Assembly (NCBI GenBank): GCA_964479875.1
Contig: CAYZNM010000016.1
Span: 412 to 64,411, forward strand
Direction: 5' to 3'
DNA length: 64,000 nt
DNA from: an uncultured Eubacteriales bacterium
GTDB lineage: Bacteria > Bacillota > Clostridia > Monoglobales > CAYZNM01
Part shown: piece after piece, positions 1-9,458 of the stretch
How the letters are laid out: each line of letters opens with the position of its first letter
Numbering within the stretch: the stretch's first letter is position 1
The notes under the pieces: model-generated
What the model was told of the DNA's origin: nothing
Seen by the model: the letters and a program-made list of their open reading frames with translations, nothing else
Database searches by the model: none
Position numbers and translations under genes: made by a program

Positions 1-725
1 CTTTTGGCGCAGCCGCAGTTTGGGCGTTGGTTTTTGTCCTTGGGTAGGTTTAGGGTTCGTGCGCAGATTCGTTCGACTAGGGATTTGTCTATGCAGCGCG
101 CTTGCGATATGCCGTAGGCGGACAGGCCTTGCTCGCAGCAGGCGTTTGCTGCTATGCCGTATGCGCGTGCGGTTTCGGCGATGAAGCGTGAGAGTTCGGC
201 CACTTCTTCCTCCGTTGCTTCGCGGATTAGCGGCGACTTTATCTTGGCGTATTTGTCGACATAGCTTATTGTGACGGATTCGGTGTGCGGCGATAATCGC
301 TCACAGTAGTGCGCGAATTGACGCTTGTGGTAGTCTATGGTGTAGGCGTCGTTTATCGCGATTGGGTCGTATCGCCAAATTATGCGGTGTTTGCCTATGA
401 CCCCACTTAATTCTGCGAATGTGTCGGCGATTGCGCCTTTGTCGCGCAGCGACTGCTCCAGGTCGCTACCGTAGGGTGTTAGCGAAAATTGAAAGTAGTA
501 GTTGAAGCCCATGCTGTCGATTTCGGGCAGATGTGGGATTATGTTAACAGGGTCTTTCGTCCAAAAGACTATGCAGTCAACTTCATCAGGGGTTAGCGGT
601 ATGCGTGAAACTTGGGCGTTGTTCATGGGATTGCGGGTTTCGCAATAGCCTGCGCACAGTCGGTGTATGAGCCATTCGGCGTAGTGGCAGGGTATATCGG
701 TGCGGCGCGAAGCTGACACTATCAT
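1..725 (-). CDS. DUF1848-family protein, 3' end truncated by window edge
   Basis: Not in ORF track. Manual translation from ATG at 725: MIVSASRRTDIPCHYAEWLIHRL...VDCIVFWTKDP...YYFQFSLTPYG...IIWRYDPI...CIDKSLVERIC...KDKNQRPNCGC, the typical DUF1848 pattern. ATGA overlap with the upstream HD gene. Confidence 0.85.
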   Translation of the reverse strand, partial: MIVSASRRTDIPCHYAEWLIHRLCAGYCETRNPMNNAQVSRIPLTPDEVDCIVFWTKDPVNIIPHLPEIDSMGFNYYFQFSLTPYGSDLEQSLRDKGAIADTFAELSGVIGKHRIIWRYDPIAINDAYTIDYHKRQFAHYCERLSPHTESVTISYVDKYAKIKSPLIREATEEEVAELSRFIAETARAYGIAANACCEQGLSAYGISQARCIDKSLVERICARTLNLPKDKNQRPNCGCAK

Positions 726-1306
726 GTGATATATCCCCTCTCGATGGCGTTCGCCAACGATGTTTCGATAAATTCCCACAGCTTGGGCATTGCGGTGCGG
801 ATTGGCTCCATGCGCCTCAGTACCATTTCGACGGTGACTTTATGCCCTGACCACGTGTGACCCTGCGTCATAAAGTTGCTGATGAAGGGTTGCAGCCTGT
901 CGATTGCAGTGGCGAAAAGTGCGTCGGGCGACTGCATGTCGTCGAATTCCTCCCACAGTGCGCGTAATTCCGCGCCTTGCTCACTTGGCAGCATGGCGAA
1001 AAGCTTGTCGGCGGCGGCATTTTCGCGCTCACGCTTATCCTCGGCGGCGGCCGTGTCGTAGGCGAATGTATCGCCTGCGTAAATCTCCACCATATCATGC
1101 ACCAATGCCATCTTGATAACTCGGTTTATGTCAACCTCATCGGCGGCATACTCGCGCAGCAAATACGCCGCGAGCGCAAAATGCCACGAATGCTCCGCGT
1201 CCGATTCGTTCCGCGACATGTCGATAAGCATAGTACGGCGGTATATGCTTTTCATTTTATCCGCTTCGATTAGGAAATCGAGCTGTTGTTTTAGTTTATC
1301 CTCCAT
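722..1306 (-). CDS. HD-domain phosphohydrolase (YfbR/HDDC2-like nucleotidase family)
   Basis: R.ESDAEHSWH, LVHDMVE..AGD and DRLQP motifs. Start moved to MEDKLK (1306), which follows an AAAGGAG RBS. Confidence 0.85.
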   Translation of the reverse strand: MEDKLKQQLDFLIEADKMKSIYRRTMLIDMSRNESDAEHSWHFALAAYLLREYAADEVDINRVIKMALVHDMVEIYAGDTFAYDTAAAEDKRERENAAADKLFAMLPSEQGAELRALWEEFDDMQSPDALFATAIDRLQPFISNFMTQGHTWSGHKVTVEMVLRRMEPIRTAMPKLWEFIETSLANAIERGYIT

Positions 1307-1370
1307 TGTTCTCCTTTCTATAATAAGCAAACCCGCGCAATTGCGCGGGTGTACATTTATTGGAACGTGT

Positions 1371-4300
1371 TTATTTATTTTTCTTGCGCCTGTTCATCAA
1401 GTTGTATACAACAGGTATGAATACAAGCGTGAGTGCAGTTGCGTATACAAGTCCGCCGATGGCAGTTATCGCCATAGGCTGCATTAGCTCGGTGCGATTA
1501 TTTAAGCCTACGGTCATGGTCGAGAGCGCGAATATCGTGGTGAGTGCGGTCATTAGAATCGGGCGCAGACGGTCGTTGCCTGTTTTAATCAAGGCTTCCT
1601 TGACGTCCATGCCCTCGGCTACTAGCATGTTCGCATAGTCAACGAAAACTATACCATTATTTACCACCACGCCTGTCAACACAATCAAGCCAACGAACGC
1701 AACTACGCTTATCGGCAAGCCCATTATGAACAGCGCGACAAGTCCGCCTGTGAATGCTAGCGGCACCGTGAACATTACGATAAACGGCGACTTCAACGAC
1801 TGGAATTGCGCAACCATGATGAGGTAGATGAAGATTACGCCGACGAGTAACATTAGCAGGAGGTCGCGGAAGGTGTTAATCATCGTTTCGGTCTGTCCGC
1901 CGACTTCGTAGGTGTAGCCGTTGGGCAGTGTGTAGTCGCCCAGCTTTGCAAGCAAGTCCGCGCTCACTATGCCGATGTTGTAGCCTTTGGCTATTTCGGC
2001 GGAAACTGTGAGGTAGCGTTCTTGCCCTTTGCGATTGATGGTGCGGTAGCCTTGCTCTGCCTCGATTGTGGCGATGTCGCCTAGGGCGATTTCGCCGTCT
2101 TTGCCTGAAAGTGTGATGGCTTCAAGGTCGGCGCGCGTTTGAGCTGTTTGTGCTTGTTCGTCTATGAAAATTTTGTACTCGTTGTTGTCAAGGGTCATCT
2201 GCGACACTGCGCTGTCGGAGGCGAAAAGTTTTGCGGCTTCCATATAAACTTGCGCGGTGGTTAGTCCTTGCTTCATGCCTTCTGCGCTGTTTAGGCTTAT
2301 GCGTAGCTCGGGCTGCGCTTTGTTGATTCCGTCGGACACATTGGCTGTGCCTTCTAGCCCTCGCAGAATGTCTGCGATGTCTGTTGCTACTTTTTCCAGC
2401 GTTTCGTAGTCGGGACCTTTTACGTCGATGGAGATTCCGCCGCCGCTTAGGCTGTCCATGCTAACTGTTGCGCCGGATACGCTTAGGCTTGCGACGTCAA
2501 GGCCTGTGGTGCGGCTTTCTATTTCTTCCTTGATTTGTACGGCTGTTTTGCGTGAGTTGGGGTCGAGTACTACTGTTACTGACGCACGCAGGTTGCTGCG
2601 TCTACCTCCGCCTCCGCCCATCATCATGCTTGCGAAACCGCCTCCGCCTGACCCTGCGGACATTGTTGCGCCTACTGTGTCCACGTCCTCAATCTGCCGC
2701 ACGATGTCGACGTACTCGTCCACGACTTTTGTCGCGTCCTCGAAGGAGATGTCCTTGCGCATATTTATCGTCGTGTTAATCTGTCCTGTTTCGGTTTCGG
2801 GGAACATCTGCGTGCCTACAAGCAGCACGCCGCCTAAACTTGCAATGAACAGCGCGAATATTACAGTTACAGTGATAACACTATGCTTTAACGCGAAGTT
2901 TAGCACTCGCGTGTACCCACGCTTCACCGCGTCGAGAATCCTGTGCCGCTTATCCTTTTCGTGGTCGTTTGTAACTGATGAAAGCATTGGCACGAATGAG
3001 ATTGCGACAATCAAGCTTGCAAGCAGCGAGTAGAATATGGTCAATCCCATATCTTGGAATATGTCGCGGGTCAGACCTTGCGTAAACAGTATCGGCGTAA
3101 ATACCGCAACCGTAGTCAAGGTGGATGCCGTTATCGCGCCTGTAACCTGCACCGCGCCTTTAATCGCGGCTTCCTTAATCGGCATACCCTCGTAGCGGTA
3201 GCGATAGATGTTCTCGATTACAACAATTGAGTTGTCCACCAACATTCCGACACCGAGCGCAAGTCCGCCCATCGATATTATGTTGAGCGTGATTCCGCTA
3301 AAGTACATCGCAACGAAGGTGATTACAAGGCTTATCGGAATCGACACGCCGATGATGAAGGTGAACTTTACATCGCGCAGGAACATGAACAGGATTATCA
3401 GCGCAAGTGCCGCGCCGATGATGAGATTAAGCCCCAGCGTGTTTACAACTTCGTTGATATAACGCCCTTGGTCTAGCAGCGGCACGAATGTGAGGTTGGC
3501 GTTTTGCTCCTCTAGCTGCTTTATTTTGGCGAATACATTCTTGGTTACGTCTGTGGTGGAGAATGTGCTTTGCTTTTGGATTGTTAGGATTGCGGCACGT
3601 TCGCCGTTTATGTTTGTGTAGATTTTGTCGCTGTTTGTGCCTACTTCTATGTTGGCGACGTCGCTTAGTTTGATTGGGTCGACGCCTTCCATGCCTAGGT
3701 CGACGATGACCATGTCGGTGATGTCAGAAAGGGTTTTGAAGCGTTCGCCGATTCGCACCATGTATGGCTCGTTATCTTCCTCGACGTAGCCTAGCGGCAT
3801 GTCGAAGTTTTGACCTTTAATTAGCGCGGAAATCATATCCTTGGATATGGTGAATCCACCTGTTGCGGCGGAATTGCCGCTGCCTTGGGCGAGATTTGCG
3901 CCCATGCCGGAGGTTAGGTTGTTGCCTAGGCTTCCTGCTAATAAGCTTGCAAGGGGATTGGCCGCGCCCATTGCTGAGGCTGCGGACTGTGTGTTGCCTA
4001 GCAATCCCGGAGTGGTTTGCAATCGATTCGGCACTGTTGACGTAGAAGCTGTCGAGGTATCAGAAGGGGTTGCATTAGCCATTATCGCGGCGGTAATATC
4101 CTCTTGCACCTTAGCCATCTTGTCCTCATCGAGGGTGACGCGAATGTGATTCTCAATCAAGCCGTTCGCCGATACCGACGCAACGCCGCTTACGCTTTGC
4201 AGTGCAGGAACTACCACTGATTCGATGTACGGCGACGATTCCTCCAGCTTCTTATTCTTTAACGCGACGGACACTTCCATAATCGGGAGCATGTCCGGGT

Positions 4301-4691
4301 TAAGCTTTAGAATCATGGGTGAAGTTGAATCATCCGGCAGTGAATCCTTGATTAAGTCGAGCGCCTCGCGCATTGCAAGCACTGCCAAATCCATGTCGGT
4401 GCCGTCGACGAATTGCAGTATAACCTGCGAGCTGCTCTGCTGTGACGATGAGCGCACAAGCTCAACGTTGCTCACGGTCGCCATCACCTGCTCAATCGGG
4501 CGAGTAACGCGCAGCTCCACTTCCTCGGGAGCTTTTCCGGGATACATTGTACTTACAATTGCGTAGGGCAGGTTTACGTTGGGGAATAAATCGGTAGTTA
4601 TGTTCGGGAGCGCAATCACGCCCAAAATTATCACGATGACAACCGCGACAACTACCGTGTACTTCTTTCTTACGCTAAACTTTGAAAACAT
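1371..4691 (-). CDS. RND-family (AcrB/SwrC-like) transporter permease
   Basis: 1106 aa with two large extracytoplasmic loops, GMLVDNSIVVIEN (TM4), GVVVNNGIVFVD and RLRPILMT motifs. No MFP/OMF genes adjacent. Confidence 0.92.
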   Translation of the reverse strand: MFSKFSVRKKYTVVVAVVIVIILGVIALPNITTDLFPNVNLPYAIVSTMYPGKAPEEVELRVTRPIEQVMATVSNVELVRSSSQQSSSQVILQFVDGTDMDLAVLAMREALDLIKDSLPDDSTSPMILKLNPDMLPIMEVSVALKNKKLEESSPYIESVVVPALQSVSGVASVSANGLIENHIRVTLDEDKMAKVQEDITAAIMANATPSDTSTASTSTVPNRLQTTPGLLGNTQSAASAMGAANPLASLLAGSLGNNLTSGMGANLAQGSGNSAATGGFTISKDMISALIKGQNFDMPLGYVEEDNEPYMVRIGERFKTLSDITDMVIVDLGMEGVDPIKLSDVANIEVGTNSDKIYTNINGERAAILTIQKQSTFSTTDVTKNVFAKIKQLEEQNANLTFVPLLDQGRYINEVVNTLGLNLIIGAALALIILFMFLRDVKFTFIIGVSIPISLVITFVAMYFSGITLNIISMGGLALGVGMLVDNSIVVIENIYRYRYEGMPIKEAAIKGAVQVTGAITASTLTTVAVFTPILFTQGLTRDIFQDMGLTIFYSLLASLIVAISFVPMLSSVTNDHEKDKRHRILDAVKRGYTRVLNFALKHSVITVTVIFALFIASLGGVLLVGTQMFPETETGQINTTINMRKDISFEDATKVVDEYVDIVRQIEDVDTVGATMSAGSGGGGFASMMMGGGGGRRSNLRASVTVVLDPNSRKTAVQIKEEIESRTTGLDVASLSVSGATVSMDSLSGGGISIDVKGPDYETLEKVATDIADILRGLEGTANVSDGINKAQPELRISLNSAEGMKQGLTTAQVYMEAAKLFASDSAVSQMTLDNNEYKIFIDEQAQTAQTRADLEAITLSGKDGEIALGDIATIEAEQGYRTINRKGQERYLTVSAEIAKGYNIGIVSADLLAKLGDYTLPNGYTYEVGGQTETMINTFRDLLLMLLVGVIFIYLIMVAQFQSLKSPFIVMFTVPLAFTGGLVALFIMGLPISVVAFVGLIVLTGVVVNNGIVFVDYANMLVAEGMDVKEALIKTGNDRLRPILMTALTTIFALSTMTVGLNNRTELMQPMAITAIGGLVYATALTLVFIPVVYNLMNRRKKNK

Positions 4692-4715
4692 ATTTTGTCC
4701 TTTGCGACCTTTATT

Positions 4716-5417
4716 TTATTTTGCCATGTAGGCACAAACTCCTTCGTAAATCGCTTGCGCTAGCTGCTGTTGATATTCTTCGGTTGCTAGCTTTTGCTCT
4801 TCCTCTGCATTGGAGAGGAAGCCGCATTCGACTATGATTGAAGGAATTTTTACGTCTTTTAGAATGATTATGTTGGAAGGTATCGGCTTGATTTCACGCT
4901 TGTTGCCGTCTTGGATTGAGTTTAGCAAGCCCATGCGTACGTTTTCGGCTAGGGCTTTGCTTTCCTCGTTGGAGGTTGCGTGGAATACCTGCGCGCCTTT
5001 TTGTTTGCTGTCGGAGAATGTGTTCATGTGGACGCTTACGAATGCGGCCGCGCCGCTGTTTGCGATTAATTTGCGGCGATTGCTAAGGTCGGAGTTTTTT
5101 TGCGCGCGCACTGTTTTTTTGTCCGAATCGTGCAGGGACTTGTCCTCGGTGCGTGTCATTATTACGTTGTAGCCGCCTTCTTTGAAGAGCTGCTCTAGTT
5201 TTTGTGCGATTTCGAGGTTTATTTCTTTTTCGAGAGTGCCTTGCTTGCCGACTGCGCCGCCGTCCATTCCGCCGTGGCCTGCGTCGATTAGGATTGTGTT
5301 CTTGTCAATCGGAGTTGTAGTCGCCATAGTCGTGCGTGCGAATATTGCAATCCCGGCGATGATTCCGATTACGGCTATGCAGAGTAAAATGTTGCTCTTT
5401 GTTATGGTTAAAAACAT
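4716..5417 (-). CDS. cwlD: N-acetylmuramoyl-L-alanine amidase, CwlD-like (Amidase_3)
   Basis: N-terminal TM; ILIDAGHGGMDGGA, EK..NL, SVHMN and IVECGFLSN motifs; RKxDLxxR-type segment typical of CwlD. Confidence 0.75.
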   Translation of the reverse strand: MFLTITKSNILLCIAVIGIIAGIAIFARTTMATTTPIDKNTILIDAGHGGMDGGAVGKQGTLEKEINLEIAQKLEQLFKEGGYNVIMTRTEDKSLHDSDKKTVRAQKNSDLSNRRKLIANSGAAAFVSVHMNTFSDSKQKGAQVFHATSNEESKALAENVRMGLLNSIQDGNKREIKPIPSNIIILKDVKIPSIIVECGFLSNAEEEQKLATEEYQQQLAQAIYEGVCAYMAK

Positions 5418-5533
5418 ACGAACCTCCCACAGGTAATTTAGATAGCTTGTACCAATCTAATTACATGTATATGAGGCTCAGTGGGATTTATACTATATTG
5501 CGGAAATATCGTGGGGCAATATGGTGTGTTGCT

Positions 5534-5557
5534 CGGGCGGATAATATCCGCCCCTAC
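5534..5557 (-). repeat. GTAG-type REP palindrome (single)
   Basis: Minus strand GTAGGGGCGGATATTATCCGCCCG; its TAG is the stop codon of 5554..6090. Nearly identical to the copy at 38493. Confidence 0.75.
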
Positions 5558-6090
5558 TTTAGTTTGTAGACGCGAGGTTTGCGCTTTTTGGCTTTGATGC
5601 CTAGCTTTTGGCGAATTGTTTCGGATAGCGAGAAATTGCTCATGCCTACGCGGTAGCCTACTACTGTGAAAACAGGGAATACTAGCATTGACGCGATAAC
5701 TCCGAGGACGGAAACGTTTGTGTTGACATTGTACAGTCCGGCGAACATTGAAAAGTATACGCGAATAACTGTGTTGACAACAGCTCCCCACGGAGTAACA
5801 AAGGTGAGGGAGGCAAGTATGATTCCTATGCCGATAAGTACTCCGCAAGCTTTTAACGCACGCATCGGGTGTGCTTCCACGCCTGTGTACTTCTTGCTTT
5901 CCTTGTTACCGAAACGCCAGCCCTCGGTGTAAACCTCCGCCGCGTAAATCACTGCGGTAATCACCGAAAACCCAAACATGCCAATCCAATCCATCAAATA
6001 GCCAAGCAGCAGCATCATTATAAACGTAACGCCGCACATTACAAAATGATTTACGGTGAAGGACAGCAGCATTTTTCGTATAGTATACAT
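5554..6090 (-). CDS. Hypothetical membrane protein (about 4 TM, basic C-terminus)
   Basis: 178-aa ORF with hydrophobic segments, AT-rich upstream region and GGAA RBS-like sequence. Confidence 0.7.
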   Translation of the reverse strand: MYTIRKMLLSFTVNHFVMCGVTFIMMLLLGYLMDWIGMFGFSVITAVIYAAEVYTEGWRFGNKESKKYTGVEAHPMRALKACGVLIGIGIILASLTFVTPWGAVVNTVIRVYFSMFAGLYNVNTNVSVLGVIASMLVFPVFTVVGYRVGMSNFSLSETIRQKLGIKAKKRKPRVYKLK

Positions 6091-6209
6091 ATATTCCTTT
6101 CAATTCACAATTCATTATGTAGCATTCACTTATATTTAATTGTAGCACTAATATAGGTTGCAATTGTTAATAATTTGTTAAATCAAATTATTTCTAATTC
6201 CTAATTGCC

Positions 6210-6632
6210 TTACAACGGGGCTATGAAGCCTATTGCTGCGCCGATTATTGCGCCTACCAGAACTTGGAAGGGTGTGTGACCGAGCAGTTCCTTTAGGCGA
6301 GTGTTCATTAGTTCAGGATTGTCGTGGTTCCAGCCTTCGATTATTTTGTTGAGGATTCGAGCCTGTTGACCTGCGGCGCGGCGGATTCCTGCGGCGTCGT
6401 ACATTACGATGAGCGAGAATATAAGGCAGGCGGCGAATAGCGGTGAGCCCATGCCTTCGCTTCGCCCGATACATGTGGTCAGCGTAACTACTGTCGAGGC
6501 GTGAGAAGAAGGCATACCTCCCGTGCCGATGAAGCGCGAGAAGTCTGCCTTGCCATGGATTATAAATACGATTATCACCTTCGCAAGCTGCGCTAGTATG
6601 CACGATGTGAAGGTTGCGCCGATTATGCCCAT
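6210..6632 (-). CDS. Divergent PAP2 family protein (DUF212)
   Basis: GGMPSSH, VMYDAAGIRR.AG.QA and LKELLGHTP motifs; usual position after ispA. Confidence 0.9.
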   Translation of the reverse strand: MGIIGATFTSCILAQLAKVIIVFIIHGKADFSRFIGTGGMPSSHASTVVTLTTCIGRSEGMGSPLFAACLIFSLIVMYDAAGIRRAAGQQARILNKIIEGWNHDNPELMNTRLKELLGHTPFQVLVGAIIGAAIGFIAPL

Positions 6633-6633
6633 T

Positions 6634-7485
6634 TTACTTTTCCCTGTTTTTTACATAGTCCGCTAATTCAAGTAGTAGTTGGTTGTTGTCAAGTACTTCG
6701 ATTGCTTGCTTGGCTTTTTGTATTATTTCGTTTAAACGCTCTGTTGCTTTTTCTTCGCCTAGGACTGTTACATAGGTTGTTCTGCCGTTTTGTGCGTCCG
6801 CGCCTGTGTTTTTGCCTAGGACGCTGACGTTGCCTTGTATGTCTAGGAGGTCGTCTTTGATTTGGAAGGCTAGGCCTAGGTGTTCGGCGTAGGTTAGCAG
6901 CTTTTGTGTGAAGTCTTCGGGAGCGTCGTGGACGATGCAGCTTATGGCAACGGCGGCTTTGATTAACGCGCCTGTCTTTTTGGTGTCCATCTCATAGAGG
7001 GATTCTTCGGTGCGAACAGTGAGCAGGTCAATAAGCTGTCCGCCCAACATTCCATCTATGCCGCACGCATTTGTGATTTCTCTCATACACTTTAATGTAT
7101 ATGGTTTGTCCTCGTTTAACATGACTGCAAATGCGTGGGTGAGCAATGTGTCGCCTGCGAGAAGTGCCATGTCTTCGCCGTATTCTACGTGGACGGTGGG
7201 TTTGCCGCGGCGCAGTACGTCGTTGTCCATGCAGGGCATGTCGTCGTGGACGAGCGAGTATGCGTGGATAAATTCTATTGCAATCGCGAACGGAAGTACG
7301 CTGTCAAAGTCTTTGCCTAGCATGTCGCATACCATGTGCGAAAGTATCGGGCGCAAACGCTTGCCGCCGTTGGTTAATGCGTAGGTGCAGGCTTCTTCCA
7401 ACAAGGTTGTGCCTTTGAAGGAGTAGTTTTCCAACTCTTGGTCGATGTATGCCTTCTTTTGTTCAAGGTACTGTGTTATGCTCAT
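6634..7485 (-). CDS. ispA: Farnesyl/geranyl diphosphate synthase
   Basis: GGKRLRP, FARM SLVHDDMPCMDND, KTGALI and SARM FQIKDDLLD. Confidence 0.93.
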   Translation of the reverse strand: MSITQYLEQKKAYIDQELENYSFKGTTLLEEACTYALTNGGKRLRPILSHMVCDMLGKDFDSVLPFAIAIEFIHAYSLVHDDMPCMDNDVLRRGKPTVHVEYGEDMALLAGDTLLTHAFAVMLNEDKPYTLKCMREITNACGIDGMLGGQLIDLLTVRTEESLYEMDTKKTGALIKAAVAISCIVHDAPEDFTQKLLTYAEHLGLAFQIKDDLLDIQGNVSVLGKNTGADAQNGRTTYVTVLGEEKATERLNEIIQKAKQAIEVLDNNQLLLELADYVKNREK

Positions 7486-7718
7486 CTGCTTTCTCCTTGA
7501 TTAACCGGCTGAAAATCCTGCTTCACAGTTTCGCCGTCCTTTTGAGTTATTATTTTAATGCGCGCTTCGGCTTGGTCGAGGGTTTTGGCGCATTGCTTGG
7601 ATAGGGTTACGCCTTTCTCGAAAAGGTCGAGCATTCCGTCTAAGGTGAGGTCGCCTTGCTCTAGCTTGGCTACCAGACCCTCCAGCTCCTTCATGTCTGT
7701 TTCAAAGTTGTTGCTCAT
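7482..7718 (-). CDS. xseB: Exodeoxyribonuclease VII small subunit
   Basis: FE..M.ELE..V..LE.GDL.L...FEKGV.L...C...L..AE pattern; lies between xseA and ispA. Confidence 0.93.
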   Translation of the reverse strand: MSNNFETDMKELEGLVAKLEQGDLTLDGMLDLFEKGVTLSKQCAKTLDQAEARIKIITQKDGETVKQDFQPVNQGESR

Positions 7719-7728
7719 GGTTTTCTCC

Positions 7729-8919
7729 TTATGTAGGGGATTTTGATGTTACTGTTGCGGCTAGTGTGCCGTCGGTTAGACGTACGCTAATGCTGTCGCC
7801 TTGTTCGGCTTGGGCGATGGATTTTAGGATTTCGCCGGATTTTTCGGCTAGGCTGTAGCCGCGTGATAGTGCGGATAGCGGTGAAAGTGAGTGCAGCTTT
7901 GCTGCGGCGATTTTGAATGCGTTTGATTTTTTGCTGCTGATTGCTTCGCAGTGAAGCTGCATTTGTTTGGTGAGGTTGTCGAGGTATTGCCGATTTTGGT
8001 TTACGTAGTCGGCGGGGTTTTTTACAGCGAAGCGTTTTAGGGTGTTGCGCTTGGATTCTACTGTTTTGCGGACGCAGTAGAGCATTCGAGTGTACTGTTG
8101 GCGCAGGTTGTTTAGCAGTTCTGCGGCGTTTGGTACGGATAGTTCAGCTGCGGCAGATGGCGTTGGTGCACGTAGGTCGGCGGCAAAGTCGGATAGGGTG
8201 AAGTCGGTTTCGTGCCCGACTGCGGATATTACCGGAATCTCGCTGTTGTAGATTGCCATGACTGTGGCTTCTTCGTTGAACGCCCATAAGTCCTCGGCGG
8301 AGCCGCCGCCTCTGCCTACGATTAGCACGTCGGCAAGCTGTGCTGCGTTCATGTATTCGATTGCTGCCGCAACCGAAGCGGACGCGCCTTCGCCTTGCAC
8401 GAGTACAGGGTGTATTAAAACTTCGCAAAGCGGATACCGCCGCTTGATTATGTTAACTATGTCGCGAACAGCCGCGCCTGTTGGGGAGGTGATTACACCT
8501 ACTGTGCGCGGGAATTTAGGCAGCGGCTTTTTGTGCGCGTTGTCGAATATGCCTGCCGCTGTTAGCTTTTGCTTTAGCAGCTCGTATGCTTCGTAGAGGT
8601 CGCCGATTCCCTCGGCTTGCAGGCTTTCGATGTAGAATTGGTACGCGCCGTCGCGTTCGTAGACGGACACGCGACCTCGAGCGATAACCTTCATGCCGTT
8701 TTTCATCGGAAAATTGACATTTTGTGCGGCGGAGCGGAACATAACGGCACGAACGGCTGCCCCCTCGTCTTTTAGCGAGAGGTAGATGTGTCCGCTTGTG
8801 TGTTTTACGAGGTTGGATATTTCGCCTTTGACAGATATGTCTTGGGTGATTGGGTCTGTTTCTATTATGCTTTTGATGTGGCGATTGAGCTGTGTGATTG
8901 TGATGGGTGTGGGCTGCAT
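7729..8919 (-). CDS. xseA: Exodeoxyribonuclease VII large subunit
   Basis: GEISN...SGHIYLSLKD, GVITSPTGAAVRD, GRGGGS.EDLWAFNEE, SAVGHETDFT..DF.ADLRAPTPSAAAE. Confidence 0.96.
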   Translation of the reverse strand: MQPTPITITQLNRHIKSIIETDPITQDISVKGEISNLVKHTSGHIYLSLKDEGAAVRAVMFRSAAQNVNFPMKNGMKVIARGRVSVYERDGAYQFYIESLQAEGIGDLYEAYELLKQKLTAAGIFDNAHKKPLPKFPRTVGVITSPTGAAVRDIVNIIKRRYPLCEVLIHPVLVQGEGASASVAAAIEYMNAAQLADVLIVGRGGGSAEDLWAFNEEATVMAIYNSEIPVISAVGHETDFTLSDFAADLRAPTPSAAAELSVPNAAELLNNLRQQYTRMLYCVRKTVESKRNTLKRFAVKNPADYVNQNRQYLDNLTKQMQLHCEAISSKKSNAFKIAAAKLHSLSPLSALSRGYSLAEKSGEILKSIAQAEQGDSISVRLTDGTLAATVTSKSPT

Positions 8920-8925
8920 GTGTAC

Positions 8926-9177
8926 CTACTTATTTTCTGTTATGGGTGTGCTGCTGTAGTAGAGTTCGTCGGGGCATATGTCCTGCCCGTGAATCCATTC
9001 TATGCTAAGTCCTGCCGGCTTGACGGTTTCAAACAGCGCAGGGATTTTTAATTCCTCGAACGGCTTAAAGTCGAAGAATGGCTTTACGTCGAATATACGA
9101 TTTTCGCCGTTGTCAAATGTGACTAGGAGCTGGTAGTCAGGAAGTGGAGATACTGCTGTTGCTGTGGGGCGTTTCAT
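8926..9177 (-). CDS. DUF2442-like protein (putative antitoxin)
   Basis: V.PLPDYQLLVTFDNGE..IFDVKP...F..L....F..V......IEW..GQDICPDELY pattern; directly after a DUF4160-like gene. Confidence 0.8.
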   Translation of the reverse strand: MKRPTATAVSPLPDYQLLVTFDNGENRIFDVKPFFDFKPFEELKIPALFETVKPAGLSIEWIHGQDICPDELYYSSTPITENK

Positions 9178-9180
9178 GCG

Positions 9181-9447
9181 TTACCTCAAGCCTTCGATTT
9201 TTATGACCTCGTTACTGTCGTTCCATGCTTTCCACGCGGCGTTTAACTCGTCCTCGTGGATTGCACACCACGCCTCAACCATTTTGGATTTTTTGCGCGG
9301 AAGCTCGCCTTCAATTAAGTTACCTTCAAAGTCGTAAACTGCCGAATATTCGGCAAACTTTGCGTGGAAGTTGGGGAGGTTATGGTTTGTGTTTTTTTCT
9401 CTGTAAATGTAGATTAGGATTCCGTAGAATTGGGATATTATGGGCAT
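9181..9447 (-). CDS. DUF4160-like protein (putative toxin)
   Basis: MPIISQFYGILIYIY.E...HNLP.FHA....Y.A.Y...G..I.G.LP......V.AW...H.DEL..AW pattern. ATG start at 9447 preferred over the GTG at 9456. Confidence 0.8.
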   Translation of the reverse strand: MPIISQFYGILIYIYREKNTNHNLPNFHAKFAEYSAVYDFEGNLIEGELPRKKSKMVEAWCAIHEDELNAAWKAWNDSNEVIKIEGLR

Positions 9448-9458
9448 TATAGTCACCT

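Noticed and set aside
5418-5530. Sporulation sigma (sigmaE/sigmaG) promoter for cwlD (GTATA…CATATAC)
   Set aside because: The match is loose and the spacing non-standard; it cannot be supported without TSS data.
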